A stretch of 64,000 nucleotides of DNA from Takakia lepidozioides (GCA_030704615.1 CM060731.1:27900001-27964000); one strand, 5' to 3'. Shown: positions 11,050-24,651, counted from the first letter of the stretch. Numbers and translations are program-made. The notes: generated by a model not told the origin, from the sequence alone.

Positions 11050-12474
11050 ATCAGGCGATTCTTCACTTTCATGATGATCCTCTTCCTTCACTTGCAAAAG
11101 GCCTACGGCTACAAATGGAACCTTTTCTTCATTATCATTAGCCTTCCCACTATAGTCAACCTTTGGTTATCTCGGATTAGTTCATGGCGTGGTCGTATTC
11201 TGCCCTCTAGACGGTAGGTGAGATACTCTGGAAAGTCAACCACCTCTGTGAGATTCCGTTTCATTTCCTTCACCAAAATTTCCAGTTTGGGCTTCAAAGT
11301 TTTATCAACGCTGAGGACCAACAGTTGCGGACAGTCAGTGACCATCTGACCAACAAGCCTTGCTGAGAATCCAGCATCCCTCAGAGCATTTACCCTAGCC
11401 ACCCCTAATGGCACATTGATACCCGAATTTTGCGGAAGATTTTCCAACATCTGTCCCCTCCTACTCTTTACTGACACCAACTTTGGCAGTGAGCCAGAGC
11501 AACATTTTTGCCAGTCTTCCGTCACCTCTAATACTACAATGTCAGGAGAACATGTGCAATTGCCTCCTCTCTCACCCCTACTTCCAGCAAGCTCTGAACA
11601 GCAGGCTGCATTTGGTCAGCTAGGTCAAATCCTAATATGAAGGGCCGGTTCTCGATCATCTTGCAACGATTGGCCTTGGCTCGTGATTGGCTTCCCAAGC
11701 TCGTGAGGTAGTCCACCTTTGGTTGATGTTGTTGCCGACACGCATGACCCTAATATCAGGCTTCTCTGCTAGGATAGGGCCTATCTCTCTAGTATTCACA
11801 CCAATCATAACGAGATACTCGTACTCATAGTTCCTTCGATCCGGAAACCCCAAACCTCCGGGTATCGCGACAACACACTGCCGATCTGCTTCATCTCAAT
11901 ACCCAGGCCCTGCAGGTACCTCACAAGTGGTTGTAAATCACTGACCACACTGGTCTGCAATATCTGTGAGTACAGCCGTATGAGAAAGGGAACAGATTTT
12001 CTGGTGATTTTCAGAGATTTCAAGTACCCAAGAAAGCACGAATAATTAGGGATTTTTCCTTACACGCAACCAACAGTAGGGATATGCGTAGATTCCTATT
12101 ATGAGGACCGATTTTCTTCAGGAATTCAACGCGATCTTTACACAACCTAACAGATCTTTCGGTAAGCTCCACACGTTCCAGTTCACTGATATTCTGCCAC
12201 TGGCTGTGCAAGAGTTCAACACCACCTCCCGCTCTGTTAGCTGTTCCCGTATTCTGCAACTTCTCCTGACATTACCCTCGGCTCCGCAAACGCCAGGATG
12301 ACCTCCGTCGAAACTCCTCTTGACGAACACTGACATGCATATGTCTGATGCATATGTCTGCATATGTCTGATGGCCATACTTTTTGCCGTTGCTTTCCCG
12401 TTCCTCTCGTGTGGTAGGTGAAGGTGCCGCGCTGACATGAAAGTGACCAATCGTAGTCTCGCGTTTCTAGTCAC
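11050..12474 (-). pseudogene. MTERF4: mTERF4 (BSM/RUG2-like) pseudogene, intronless and heavily frameshifted
   Basis: Fragments DRVEFLKKIG, SVVSDLQPLVRYLQGL..RYPEVWGFRIEGTMSTS, YLVMIGVNTREIG, IENRPFILGFDL and CPQLLVL..EMKRNLTEVVDFPEYLTYRLEGRIRPRH match mTERF4 in order but lie in different frames. Confidence 0.85.
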
Positions 12475-12612
12475 AGTGCCGCTCCCCTGTCCGCTCGTGG
12501 GGTAACGCCCTCAGATCCAGCAATTTGCAATCCACATCCATCCACTTGTACAGAAAGGTCGGCCATGTGGACTGAAAGAGATGGAATTCTAAAGATCATG
12601 CAGAGGAATGTG

Positions 12613-12846
12613 ATCACTGGATTCTTGTTTCGCCCCCACCAAGATCTATGGGGCAATCGCGCACACTGTGGGTCCGACGATAGGGAGACGGATGAAGACT
12701 GTGGAGGGTTTGCAGGCGAGTCATGATATATCACTGGATTCTTGTTTCGCCCCCACCAAGATCTATGGGGCAATCGCGCACACTGTGGGTCCGACGATAG
12801 GGAGACGGATGAAGACTGTGGAGGGTTTGCAGGCGAGTCATGATAT
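12613..12846. repeat. Perfect 2 x 117-bp tandem duplication
   Basis: 12613-12729 and 12730-12846 are identical on manual comparison. Confidence 0.95.
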
Positions 12847-13426
12847 TTGCAACGAGCAGCTGGTTCGGGTGCGTGTCTCTAGACCCTTTTTACAAGTGAT
12901 TCTGGGTTGTTTCCTGGTACTGATTTTGTTTTTAGAAAGTCCTTTGAAGGTATGCACCGGGTAATTTCACTGCCTGTGGTGCCTTTTGTTTTCATCTGAT
13001 GGTGTGTTGTGCTAGAACCCTGGGGATGCCAGGCAATGGTGGGCTTTTTCACTGCGTTTATTGCAGCAGGAGCTGTCAATGAGGGCCTAGGAATCGGAGA
13101 AGTGTGATAGGGTTGTCATGGTCTTGCAATTCAGGTGAGGCTATTGTTGGAGGGGGAGCCTGGACATGAAAAATATGAAAAAATGGCAAAAGGTTTAAGG
13201 GAGGTATGTATGAATTCTGACTGAAATCTGAGTATGTGTTAACGGGAAATTTGCAGCGCAAGTTTGATGTGCCAAGTCAATCTTTTGATGATTCACTCGA
13301 AACTGACATGCTGCAGGTGGCACAATTGCCTCAGGAATTGCTAAAAGCGAGGAGAAGATCGGAGCCAACTTTTTCACCTCGGCAACCATCAGAGTGGCAA
13401 CTTGGGTAGCACCTCTCAACGCCACC

Positions 13427-15487
13427 ATGGTTAAAACGGGGCCAAGAGAGGGGGTCAGTTGTATTACATCTCACACCTGCGGGGATGTGAGGACACTGTG
13501 TAAGGGGGGAAGACTGAAAGAGGCTCTGCACATTTTGGACCGACCAGGAGTTCATGCAAATTCCAATACTTATATCTGTCTCTTACAGGGGTGCATCAAC
13601 ATGAAAGCCCTGGCAGAGGGAAAACAAGTGCATGCCCACATAATCCGAAGCCAATTCAAACCAAACACCTTGGTAGTCAGCACTCTTCTCAACATGTACG
13701 CAAAGTGCGGGAGCATGGTGGATGCACAAGAATTGTTTGACGAAATGCCTTGCCGAAATAAGTTCACATGGACAAGAATGATGGAGGGATATGCCAAGCA
13801 TGGGTATGCTGAGGAGACTTTCAAACTCTATGAGCAAATGCTGCGGGAAGGAGTGGCGCTGGACAAGATCATTTACACGACGGTGCTAAATGCATGTGCC
13901 AGCCTAGGTGCCCTGGAAAATGGCAAGCGAGTCCATGCGGACATAATCAAACTTGGGATAGCCTTGGATACCATTTTGGAAAATACTCTTGTCCACATGT
14001 ATGCCAAATGCGGGAGTGTGAAGGATGCACGTCAAGTGTTTGACAATATGGGTAAACGTGATGTGGTCTCATGGAACGCAATGATTGCAGGATATGGTCA
14101 GCATGGGTGTGGTGAAGAGGCTCTCAGAATCTATGATCAAATGCAACAGGTAGGGGTGGCACCTGACAAGGTGACATACGCAATTGTTCTCAATGCATGG
14201 ACCAAATGGAGAAGCATAGAGGATGCGCATCAAGTGTTTGACAAAATAGTGAAGGAAGATGTTGTCTCATGGAATGTGATGATTGCAGGCTATGCTCAGT
14301 CTGGGAATGCTGCAAAGGCTCTCCACATGTATGAGCAGATGCAAGGGGAAGGGCTGATGCCCGACAGGGTCACGTTCATTTCTGTTCTCAATGCATGTGC
14401 AAGCCTTGGAGCCCTAGAAAAGGGCAAGCAGGTCCATGCTGACATGAGGAAAGCTGGATGTGCACCATATACTAATTTGGAGAATACTCTTGTTGACATG
14501 TATGCCAAATGTGGTAGTGTAAAGGATGCCCGTCACATGTTTGACAAAATAGCTAAAAAAGATGTGGTCTCATGGAATGCAATGATGGCAGGATATGCTC
14601 AGCATGGCTGTGATAGGGCAGCTCTCCAACTGTTTGAACAAATGCAAAAACAAGGCTTCAAACCAGACTGTATCACCTTCACTTCTGTCATCTCTGCATG
14701 CAGCCATGTCGGCCTAGTGGATGAAGGCTGGCATTACTTTGACTCCATGAGTCGAGATTATGGCCTGGCACCTACAATGAAACATTTTGGCTGCATGGTG
14801 GACCTTCTTGGCCGTGCAGGGCGATTGGATGAGGCAGAGGACTTCATTAACAAAATGTCAATTGAAGCAGATTCGTTAGTGTGGGGGCCCTTTCTTGGTG
14901 CCTGTAGGATCCATGGTGATGTGGAGAAAGCAGAACGGGCAGCAAAACACATTCTCATTTTGGATCCACAGCACGCTGCAACATACGTGTTGCTATCAAA
15001 CATCTATGCTGCAGCTGGTAGGTGGGATGATAAAGCAAAGGTAAGGAAAATAATGGAGGAGAGAGGTCTGAGAAAGGACGCAGGATACAGCTGCATTGAG
15101 GTCAAGAATCAGGTGCATGTATTTGCTGTAGAAGACAAGCTACATCCAGAAATTGAGGAAATTCATGCTAAGGTGAAGCAATTGTCTGGTCTGATGAAAG
15201 AGGCTGGGTATTTACCTGACACCCGCTTCATATTACATGACATGGAGGAGGATGAAAAGGAATTCTCTCTTTGCCACCACAGTGAGAAACTGGCTATTGC
15301 TTATGGGCTCATCAGCACGCCTCCTGGGATGCCTATTAGCATCATCAAGAACCTTCGAGTGTGTGGTGACTGCCACACTGCCACCAAGTTGATCTCAAAG
15401 ATTGTTGGGCGAGCAATTGTCGTACGGGATGCTTTTCGCTTTCATCACTTCCAAGATGGGGTTTGTTCCTGTGGGGATTATTGGTGA
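13427..15487 (+). CDS. PLS-class pentatricopeptide repeat protein with E1/E2 and DYW cytidine-deaminase domain (organellar C-to-U editing factor)
   Basis: Uninterrupted ORF with P-L-S triplets, P2-L2-S2, E1/E2, HSEKLA, CGDCH and a C-terminal CSCGDYW. The ATG at 13427 lies in GCCACCATGG context. The ORF track starts at a GTG (13394) and an upstream exon cannot be excluded. Confidence 0.93.
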   Translation: MVKTGPREGVSCITSHTCGDVRTLCKGGRLKEALHILDRPGVHANSNTYICLLQGCINMKALAEGKQVHAHIIRSQFKPNTLVVSTLLNMYAKCGSMVDAQELFDEMPCRNKFTWTRMMEGYAKHGYAEETFKLYEQMLREGVALDKIIYTTVLNACASLGALENGKRVHADIIKLGIALDTILENTLVHMYAKCGSVKDARQVFDNMGKRDVVSWNAMIAGYGQHGCGEEALRIYDQMQQVGVAPDKVTYAIVLNAWTKWRSIEDAHQVFDKIVKEDVVSWNVMIAGYAQSGNAAKALHMYEQMQGEGLMPDRVTFISVLNACASLGALEKGKQVHADMRKAGCAPYTNLENTLVDMYAKCGSVKDARHMFDKIAKKDVVSWNAMMAGYAQHGCDRAALQLFEQMQKQGFKPDCITFTSVISACSHVGLVDEGWHYFDSMSRDYGLAPTMKHFGCMVDLLGRAGRLDEAEDFINKMSIEADSLVWGPFLGACRIHGDVEKAERAAKHILILDPQHAATYVLLSNIYAAAGRWDDKAKVRKIMEERGLRKDAGYSCIEVKNQVHVFAVEDKLHPEIEEIHAKVKQLSGLMKEAGYLPDTRFILHDMEEDEKEFSLCHHSEKLAIAYGLISTPPGMPISIIKNLRVCGDCHTATKLISKIVGRAIVVRDAFRFHHFQDGVCSCGDYW

Positions 15488-18017
15488 GACGAGCAACATT
15501 TATGGCCTCAGTATGTTGCTTTGAGTCTGGAGGCGGATAGTAGATAGTCTCAATCACAACCAGTGTGCCAGTAAAAAGCAGTCGGGACCTTGCTTTGGTG
15601 AGAGCTTCTCAAAGTGATGATTACAATGTGATTTTGACTAATGACCATCCTGGTAATGATCCCATGGAAGACCTTGTTGCATCGAGTTCTCCACAGAGAG
15701 CAAGGCACAAATGAATTAGGTTTGCACAAGGATATCCCTGATGGACATATCAAGACAGGATACTCAAATGACTGGAGTATCCAGTATGTTGGTATGTGTT
15801 GGCACTTATCGCATCTGATCGCCATGAGAGTCCCCAACAGAAGGGCTTTCACACTGACGGCTTTCTCTTGGTTGTGCGCTTGGCCACAAGATTACCGATG
15901 CACGAGTCGAAACACCCAGTTTTGCAGTAGAATTGAACACCATGTGTATCCCAGATTCTCTGCCAGAGGTTATTCAGCATACTGAACTTACAAGGTATGT
16001 GCAACAAGGTTTGACTGAAGCATATGCCACCCAACAAAATGGTGGGGTGAAGAGGTGCCCAAAGTGAGTGTCAGAGTCTGGATTTTAATTCATCGTCTTC
16101 CTTTTCAGCAGAGTCCGCAAACCAAGAGCCTCCGTCCCTTGCAATGTGAGCCGCGTTCTTCCACAATATGGTTGCATCCGTGCTGTTTCATTCAACAGTT
16201 GGTTAGATGGGAAGGCGAGAGGCAGCAAAGTTTTGCACTTGTGCACTGGCCTAATAAGCTGATGAGGCAGGCGCCATTAGACTTTGGCACATATGCACAA
16301 GTTAGGTGCTTGAAGGAGGGTTAGAAATTATGACATCCGCAGTACTTGGCATTGTACTTGAGACATTGCGAGATCAAAACCCTTGAAATGCCTGAGCATC
16401 TGCAAACAGGTGAGGTGAGTATCAAGTTAACAGCAGTGACTGAATCTGATTCTTTTGAGGCTTGGATCCGTGCCTTTTTGTTCTTGTTGTGCGCATCACC
16501 ATGAAGTTTAATAGCATTTTCAGTTGTTTCACATGAGATGGTTGCATGATAGTGTGATCCAACCACACCAAGTGTGTATTAAGAATTGTTGTGGCTGTCT
16601 GTAGGGGCTTGCTTTATATGATCTCTCGCGACATGTTTTTTTGTTCTAGGTCATGCCCCAATCAGCCTTCTCTTCATGCTGAGATAAGCAGGGTTGGGGA
16701 AGGCCATCTGACTCCCCTGAGAACAAGAGTAGACTGACAATGGTGCCATGCTTCTGACCTCTGTTGGACGTTGAAGGCATTTGAAATTCATGAGAAGTTC
16801 TCCTATTGCGGATGACCTAGAAATCACAAAGGGCCACTGCGTTCATTAAGCCAATTTTTGTCATGTCACTAAGGTAGCCAGAATTCTGTATTTCTACCAG
16901 TACTCTGTAGTTGAGCTCATGAAAGCCCACATTAGTTGACTTTCCCATCACTCCTGAAATGCAGTAGAGATGAAAAGGGACTGAGAGGTGTATTTGCTGT
17001 AAATTTGTTGAGATGTAAAGAAAAGATTGACCTAACGAAGCTATCTTTGTAGATCTGACTTTTGGGGGTCTGAGGAATTGCAATTTCTCCCCAATATGAA
17101 ATGAATGCAGAAAGATGTAGATCAGAATCGTGGGCACATTGGGGACATACTTTGTCCAGCACATCAGTCTAGTTTCCTTGAAGGCTTTGCTGGAAGGTAT
17201 GTCGAGCGCTTTGATATAAAGCACAGCTAAGGAAGGAAGAAACCGATTGAATTCTGAAGTTTATATAACGACCCTACCTTGTTGAGATGAAGTTGCACCA
17301 CCTATACCTGACAACTACACCTGCATTCCGAAATGAGTGAGGGAAAATTTTGGAAAATTGTCTCCAACAGTCTTCAAACGATGATTTGTATCGACTTGCT
17401 GAAATCAATAACTATACTTCACTTCAGGAAAATGAAATTGCAAGTGAGACTCATGAGAAGGGGTGTGGAAAATTTGCATCTTTGTCAACCTTGATAGTAT
17501 ACAATTTCGACAAGGATCAACTCTGTAGTCTGTACCATGTCCATCTGTCTTGAGCATGCGCATGATGGTGGTGAGGGTGGCAAATCCAAAATACTGAGGT
17601 GAACGATTAAACCCAGCGAGAAAATGTGAACTTAACTGTCTACTAGCTCTAGCAGGTTTCTAACTGTGTAATAACCTTTCTATCAAGACGGATGATTCAA
17701 TCCAATCTAAAAATTATTTCCATACGAGTAGAAGTTGAGCAAGGGCTGTTAAAGAGTATGATCTTTCACATCTAAGTAACCTCCTACACACTAGAGAAGC
17801 TGTCAACCCAGGGAATTGTCCCATGAAGACGTGTCATGACAAGTCTGCAATAATCACACTTGTGCCTTCCAACAATTGTAGAGTGGATGGAGTGAACACT
17901 GGAGACCAAACCTAGCCAAAATGTACAGAGCTATGAATACAAGCATGATGTCATAACAAGGGCTCTGGTCTTAGCGAATAAAATACACCAGTAACACGTG
18001 TTGATAAGAACATTTGC

Positions 18018-21000
18018 CTAATAGCCAGGCAAGTTGTCAAATGCCATATGTGCTGGAAAGAAGTACATACATAGTGGGGGGTTCACTTTGGCCATAGCCA
18101 AAATAGCTGATGGGACTGTCCAGATACCATCACCACAAATGAGCCCTGAGGCTACTGCCTGTGAAAAAATGTCAGACTTCTTCCTGTTCACTCTCTCCCA
18201 TACAAACCGGAGGACTGTTCCCAAAAACATATCAATGGCAAAGTACCCACCAATATAGAATGGAATAGCCATGGCCATTGGAATGGGGACGAACTTTGAA
18301 AACCTCCGTGGCAGCCGATCCCTTACAATGTTGATGGCGATGGAAGCAATGAAGAGCCCATAGCATATCTGCAAGCAGTGTTGTGGAAGAGCTTTGAACC
18401 CTTCAACACCAATCAGGGCCATTGACCGATACACTCTGGCATACGGAGCCTGGTACTGCCCATTTGGGTCTCCAATATTGAATGATTTGTAAAATAACCA
18501 GAAGGTGAGAGGGGCCATAATGCAACCCATCAGTGCCCCTGCCAGCTGGCTTACAAACATTGAACGTGGAGACGAAAGTGTGAGGTACCCAGTCTTGAAA
18601 TCCTGCATCAAATCTGATGCTGTGGACACAATTGACATCATCACTCCACAAATGGCCAGCCCTGTGAGGACTCCACCATCGCGGCCTGCCCAAGCAGCAA
18701 AGATGAAGAGACCTAGTTTCCCATAAGTTGATGCCAAGCTCCAGTCCGTCAGCCCACATCCATAAGAGTTACAAAAAGCAAGCACTGGCGCCACTATATA
18801 GCACACCAGTACATAATACCACTTCACCGGGGGGAAAATTTGGGGCATGACCCCAATGGAGATGGCTGCCAAGCACACATAGCCGGCTCCAGCTACCCAC
18901 AAAGGTATACCTTCCTTCATGAACACTTCATTCCGCTTTATTGTATCACTTTCTAGACCATCTGTCTTTTCTGAAAAACCAACAGGTTGAAAACTGCTCA
19001 ATTCGTGATATTCCAGTCATCGATCCAAGTGCTAGATTCTAGCCTGTCTTCCCCTTCCTCCCTCTATCCTTTTCCCCTGGTCCCTGCCATCTTACTGCAA
19101 GAGGTGTCTGTAAGAAAAATGACATGGCACCTTACTGGCAGGCTCAGTGTCCTAACAAGACTAAAGATCATCCACACAACCACAAAGTGAATTTTCTGAC
19201 AGAGCACTAACAGTACTTTGAGGTACCTCCTCACTTAATTACTGCTTGGCAATAAAAAATGAATAAAGGCAAAAGGTGTAGGCGGAATAATGAAAATGGT
19301 ATAGAGGCAGCAAGTACCAGTAGTGACTGGCAGCTGCTCCTTATTCTTGTAATGGATGTAGAGGGCCCTAAACGAGATAAAAGTAATTTTCACAAAATTG
19401 TAGAGCCCGTCACCGAGAATAATGGCAATTGCGGTGAACACCTGCCCACAAACATGCAAATCAATTTAGTCGACAAACAAGAGAAAAGATAGATCTCACC
19501 TCAGAGCTGACAAGGCAGATGCCGGTCACTGTGAAATGACCCACAAAGCAACTAATAGGGTCGCCCGCAAACCGGCCATGTGAGCATTTGATGGTCTTCA
19601 GTTTTTACCACCTAGTGATGTAGGGACCGTGACTAATCCTGTAATATCGAAATCTCAAAGCAAATTGCAATGAAGATATTGGCTTAGTATTCAGTGAACT
19701 GTGGTACAATCCACTAAGGAGGCAAGTGTAGGAGAGGAAAAGCACCTTGTAGCCATATAGACCTTCGAAACTGGATGCTTTGAGGCCTTTTCTATACCAA
19801 TGTCCTGCCTTATTGTTGATGAGGGGCCACATGAGACCCCATGAAACGATAGCCCCAAGCATCACAGAGACATTGACAATGTGTGGGCATATCATGCCAG
19901 CTCCCACATACGTCAAATTGAAGTCAAAAAACATCCTGGAAAACAGACCCAATAAAGAATGTCAGAAGGAAGGAGACAGACTTGGTACAGTGTGAATAAA
20001 GCTCAAGCCAAGCACAGAATCGATGAAGAAAAGAGAGTATTAGAGACAGAAAACATCTATTAATGGACTGATAAGAATTCTATCGGATCCTATGTTTCTG
20101 GTTCACTGCTACCCTGAGAACCTTGTATTGTTGAGGGAGTAGTTCCCGCAGGAATGTCACCTTCCAGAGTGGGTTGTGCGATATCACTATTTCCATCACA
20201 GTCATTCTCAAATCACTTTGCAGCTTGTGCAGACCTCTAGCTTGCAGTAGAGGAGGCACTTGTTGCTGTGGTTGGACAGCCATTCAGTCACACTGTTGCA
20301 AACAGGCCATTAACAGGAGACAGAAGACCCTAGGACAGCCAGAGCTCTTAATGACGTGGTGCAGTGAAATCCTGATTGATGCTTCAACCGGCCTCCCATT
20401 GAACAGAGTACCCATGGCATGCATGAGAAAATGTTCATAGTTCTCACCATCATGCCAACAGACCCCCACCCCCCCCTTTGCAAAAGGGACACACTATAGA
20501 GTCCACAGGATGTCCAAAGAGCTTATCAGACAAGAACTTGAAACTGCATGGAGAAACAGTAAAATTTTATTCTTTCAAGTGAAAAAAGAGTCACATTCTA
20601 TATGCCTACACCATAAGTGAATGTACTCATAAGAAGTTGTTTGCTGTAGCCTTGTGGCCCTTAGACCCTCCACCATTGGGAGGGGGAGGGAGGGAGGGAG
20701 AGAGAGGGAGGGATCTTTGAAATCCTCTTGAAAATCTCAAATATAATTTTCTGAATGTGATCCAGACCAGATGGTACCATGACTGATCCTTTGTTGCCCC
20801 ATCAGACCTTGCATGTGACATTGATCCCATAACCAGTTGGACGAATTAGGGTATAGGGAGAGGAAAGAAACGAAGACTCATACGACGTTGTTAAACGAAA
20901 TGGTACTTCATAACATCCACGAAAGAAAGAAGGAAAGAAACTCTATAATGCCCACAGGAAGCTCAAAGAGAGCGAGAGAAGTACCGACTTGTTGTGATAA

Positions 21001-23375
21001 GCCTTCAAACCAAGGGAAGGAAAGTTGTCGAAACCACAGCCATCTTGTATCCCACTGAAAAACCACTTGAAGAAGCTCCAAAAGAAACTGAACCCAAAAA
21101 ACTTGCCAAGACACTTTGCTTGTTTCCTGTCCATCAATCATAACAACATGTGAGCCTCTGTCTCTTTCTTCCCACCCCTACAACTGTATCATTACTGAGA
21201 TTTCTGTAGGCACTTCCAGATTGTTACACACCAATGTAGCTTCCCCAACTCATCCCTTTCTTACATCCCCTTGATTACAGGAGACTAGATGTTGACAATC
21301 TGCATAAGCAGCCCAAGTCCCCGTGAGTATACTTTCACGTAGAACATGAGACAGCTGTGGATTTCACACCTGCACACATCATGCACCATGTGTACACACA
21401 TGGAGCATGTATGGAAGAATGGGGACAGACTCAAAAGTTTCTCCCGTTCACGCTACCAGTGAAATGGTCAAAATCTCTTTAGTTGACTGAATGTATCCAT
21501 TAAACTCAAAATCACGTATTTAAATTGTCTCTCTCATCCGGGGTTTGATTGTAGCCCCAGTTTTTTATGTGAATGTGAGTGTGCAACACATTGCTCTCTC
21601 TTGGCAGATGGAGCATACTTTGCAATTTTTGCACCATCTGGTGAATGAAAACTGTTGATGAGAACTGCTGTTGCAGTACCACTGGGGTACACCAGCTTGT
21701 AGTCAATGATCATGATCTGCACAGCCATATCCAAAGGAACTTCAGATTAGGCTCACTTACTTTGAGGTCAGTTCCACCTCCGGAGAGTGAAGTGAGTGAT
21801 GCAGAAAAGTGTTTGAGTTAATTTGGGCATTAACATGGAGAGAAAAGGAGGACATCTGTAACATGGTTAATATGGGCAGAAGGGAGAGAGATTCTGGTAT
21901 AAATAAAAGAAAAGTAACCTCTACCTGTGGTCAAGGTAGGCAAACAAATATGTTTGACCACAGTTCTGACTACCGTGGGGAAAACTCCACTGTCCAAAAG
22001 AGGGGAGGGCTGGGCATCATCTTACTTCTCAAGTTAAAGTTCATATAAAGTTTTCGTTGTGCAAAGAACCCTCCCAAAATTAAGGCACTGCAGTAGAGGT
22101 TAGAACACAATACAAAGAATGTGACAATTCCATGACTTCTGATTTGACGAACCTTCCGAAGTGCGACGATAGAGAAGATGCCAATGAAGCTGACTGTGAA
22201 GAGGAACCCAATCATCCAACCCAGGGCTGGGTTCTTCACCATCACGTTTCCTGGGATGTCCGGTGTATTGGGGTCAAGAAGTGCATCGTGCGTCTTCTGG
22301 TCCATGCCCAGTATGTATGAGCCAAAACCTCCTGCACCCTCCCACACATAAATCCAGTCAGCTCCTGCATCTATAAGTGTCCTTGCCCTTAATGATTGGG
22401 TCAGTTGAAAATTGCTTGACCAACTTCATAAGACCAAGTTTTTCCTCTTGACAGGCTCGACGGAGGGGCAAGGGGAGAATGGGGCTCGTACAAATTTCAT
22501 CCCATACATTCCTGCCCCTCGGGCAAGCTTCCACCGGCCTGAGATACGACATTTGCAATATGCACTCAAAACATCCCAGCTCCAGATCTTCAAAATATAT
22601 GACTCCGGGCTTGGGCGTAAGCTACTTCCCTAGCCACTTTCAATCTCCAATTCCGTAAACCTAGATCCCTCTACTTCTCTGGGTAACTGTCATGCTTTAG
22701 GGTGCGCTTAGTCGTGGGGGTACTCGAGGTTTAATGTAACTGTGCTGCTCCCTCTACCTAGACTGCTCTCATATGCTGTCTCATTCAGAGACTCTGCTCT
22801 CCTCTCCCCACTGCTTTTAAAGCAACGTAAAGCACTGCCTCAAATTCCCTTTGTAAAAATGGGGGCGTCCCCACCATTCCGCATTTTGCCGTGGCATGAC
22901 ACAACTTTTCACGATTTACGAGGCTTGAGAAGTAGTTACCGCTGAAGGCAAGGCCATAGCACGACACAACACAGGTCTGAATCACAGTGTTCTCCTGACG
23001 AGTAAACGGCTTGCTCCCCATCCCTAGTTTGGAGGAAAGCGAGGTCCATAGCTTGATGAAGAAGAATCCCAACAACCCCGCAGCAATGTTCAGCGACGGA
23101 ATTACCCCCACAGTCAGATTCAATTTGTGTGTGATAATGCAGAACAAACCACCCAGACAAGCCCCCACGAAAAGGCCCCTGAAAGTAATCTGGTCCTGCC
23201 AACGCGGGATCTCAACACCGGTGAAAGCATCTTCCAAGTTCCCATTATCATTCGTCATGTTGTTCAGTGGATACTCGGATCCCGAAATCGGACCTTCCTT
23301 ACTGTGCTCCACATCGTGGCCATGACGCTTGTGAATTCCAGTGTCAGATTCTGCCAATACACTTTCAGCACCCAT
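18018..23375 (-). CDS. YSL: Yellow Stripe-Like metal-nicotianamine transporter (OPT family), copy 1, 7 exons, ~705 aa
   Basis: Exons 23375-22940, 22331-22153, 21716-21619, 21126-20989, 19935-19746, 19441-19318 and 18970-18018 have GT-AG borders and sum to 2118 nt in frame. Motifs include [45 protein letters not shown] and [11 protein letters not shown]. Confidence 0.95.
20619..20840 (-). mobile_element. 3'-terminal fragment of a LINE related to 3762-7834, in YSL copy-1 intron 4
   Basis: The minus strand reads GGCCACAAGGCTACAGCAAACAACTTCTTATGAGTACATTC versus GGCCACAAGGCTACGCAAACAACGTCTTATGAGTACAATC at 7795-7834. Confidence 0.8.
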
Positions 23376-24489
23376 CTTTTTTTCCAAAATGCCTCAAAAC
23401 CGTGTAACGATTGCAACAAACTTGCTCCTTCCTCTCAGAAAAAACAAGACACCAACAACTTCATCTTTCCCACACTCCCTTGTCACTTTCTCGTGTCTTT
23501 CCTCCTACATTCTCCTCCCCAAATCCTCCTCTAGCCGCCTCTCACACCCTCTCACAAAACACTCTCTTTGCAGTCTCCAAACTAAGAACTTTAGTCTGGA
23601 AAAGCTCTCCTTTTTCCCCCTTTCTGCAACCCTCTCCGCACGTGCTCTGCCCGAGCAATCCAAGCGAGCCTGCAATGCAGCAGCACGGGAGAGCCCCACC
23701 GGCCTTTATCGCCCTCCCTCCCCCCCCTCCGCCGGGTCAACCCCGCAACCCGCCGGCGTCAAGATATCATCCATCCACATTGCCGCCGCTCATCCATCCG
23801 GGATGTCTTATCGCATTATCCACGCTAAGAGGTTGCGGCGCCACCGTCCGATCGGTACAGCTGGGCCGTCGCCAAATCCGCCGGTAGCAAGTCACCGGTC
23901 AACACCGCCTCACTCGTGTGTACTCTGCCGGCGGGTGCTCCGGTCGGCAACTTTCGAGTCTTCGAGAAAAGCCAGTTGGGCAGCGCAGCGTGTGAACAGG
24001 GACGCTTTGCGGCTCATTTTGCCCACAGGAATCGGAATCTCTTAGAAGCAGTGGAGCGTTCACACGGCGGCATGGAATCCGAGTTGGAAAGTTTGTCCGC
24101 TGTGTGTTGACAAATTAGGGTGGACAGCTTGCCGTTCTCGTTTGCGAGACATTCTCTTCTGCGAGCTCGATGACACCAAAGCATTTCCAGGAACTTACTC
24201 TTACTTACGCTTTCTAAAAGCCTTGCTCGTCATCATCAATGATGAGGGAGTCAACCCCACCTCGAAATCTTCACCGGCTAAGTTAGAAGTACACGAAAGT
24301 TGATCTGGCACCCAATAGACTCAGTTCGATAATCTATTAACCTAACTGTCACTGAATCCAACATCGGCGAGTTTGTTCAAGGAAATCCAGCGCCAGATTC
24401 TGATTCTGGGTGGTTCCGAATCCTGACCAGCAACGTGATTCCCAGATGCAGGGAGCGGGGGGATTCAGTCCACTGTTGGGGGGCGTAAG

Positions 24490-24651
24490 TATATCCTGAC
24501 GATGTCACCATGCACCTCTTTGCCCTTTTCTAGGGCTGCCAGGCTTGCACGCGCACTGCAAACGCAACAAACGTGATGTGGTCGGGCTTCACCCCTTCCC
24601 CAATCATTTGCTCATAGGTCTCCAAAGCATTCCTACCACACCCATGCTTGG
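24490..24651 (-). pseudogene. PLS-PPR gene fragment (one P and one L motif, frameshifted)
   Basis: The minus strand reads KHGCGRNALETYEQMIGEGVKPDHITFVA / ASLAALEKGKEVHGDIVR, close to motifs in the intact PPR at 13427. Confidence 0.8.

Noticed and set aside
17050-17560. Possible BSD-domain or FMO-like pseudogene (MSEGKFWKI; YVERFDIK)
   Set aside because: Only isolated short peptides, with no consistent collinear match by eye.
23341-24045. 234-aa and 158-aa plus-strand ORFs
   Set aside because: They overlap the YSL 5' UTR and promoter, are GC-rich and low complexity, have non-ATG starts and show no domain.
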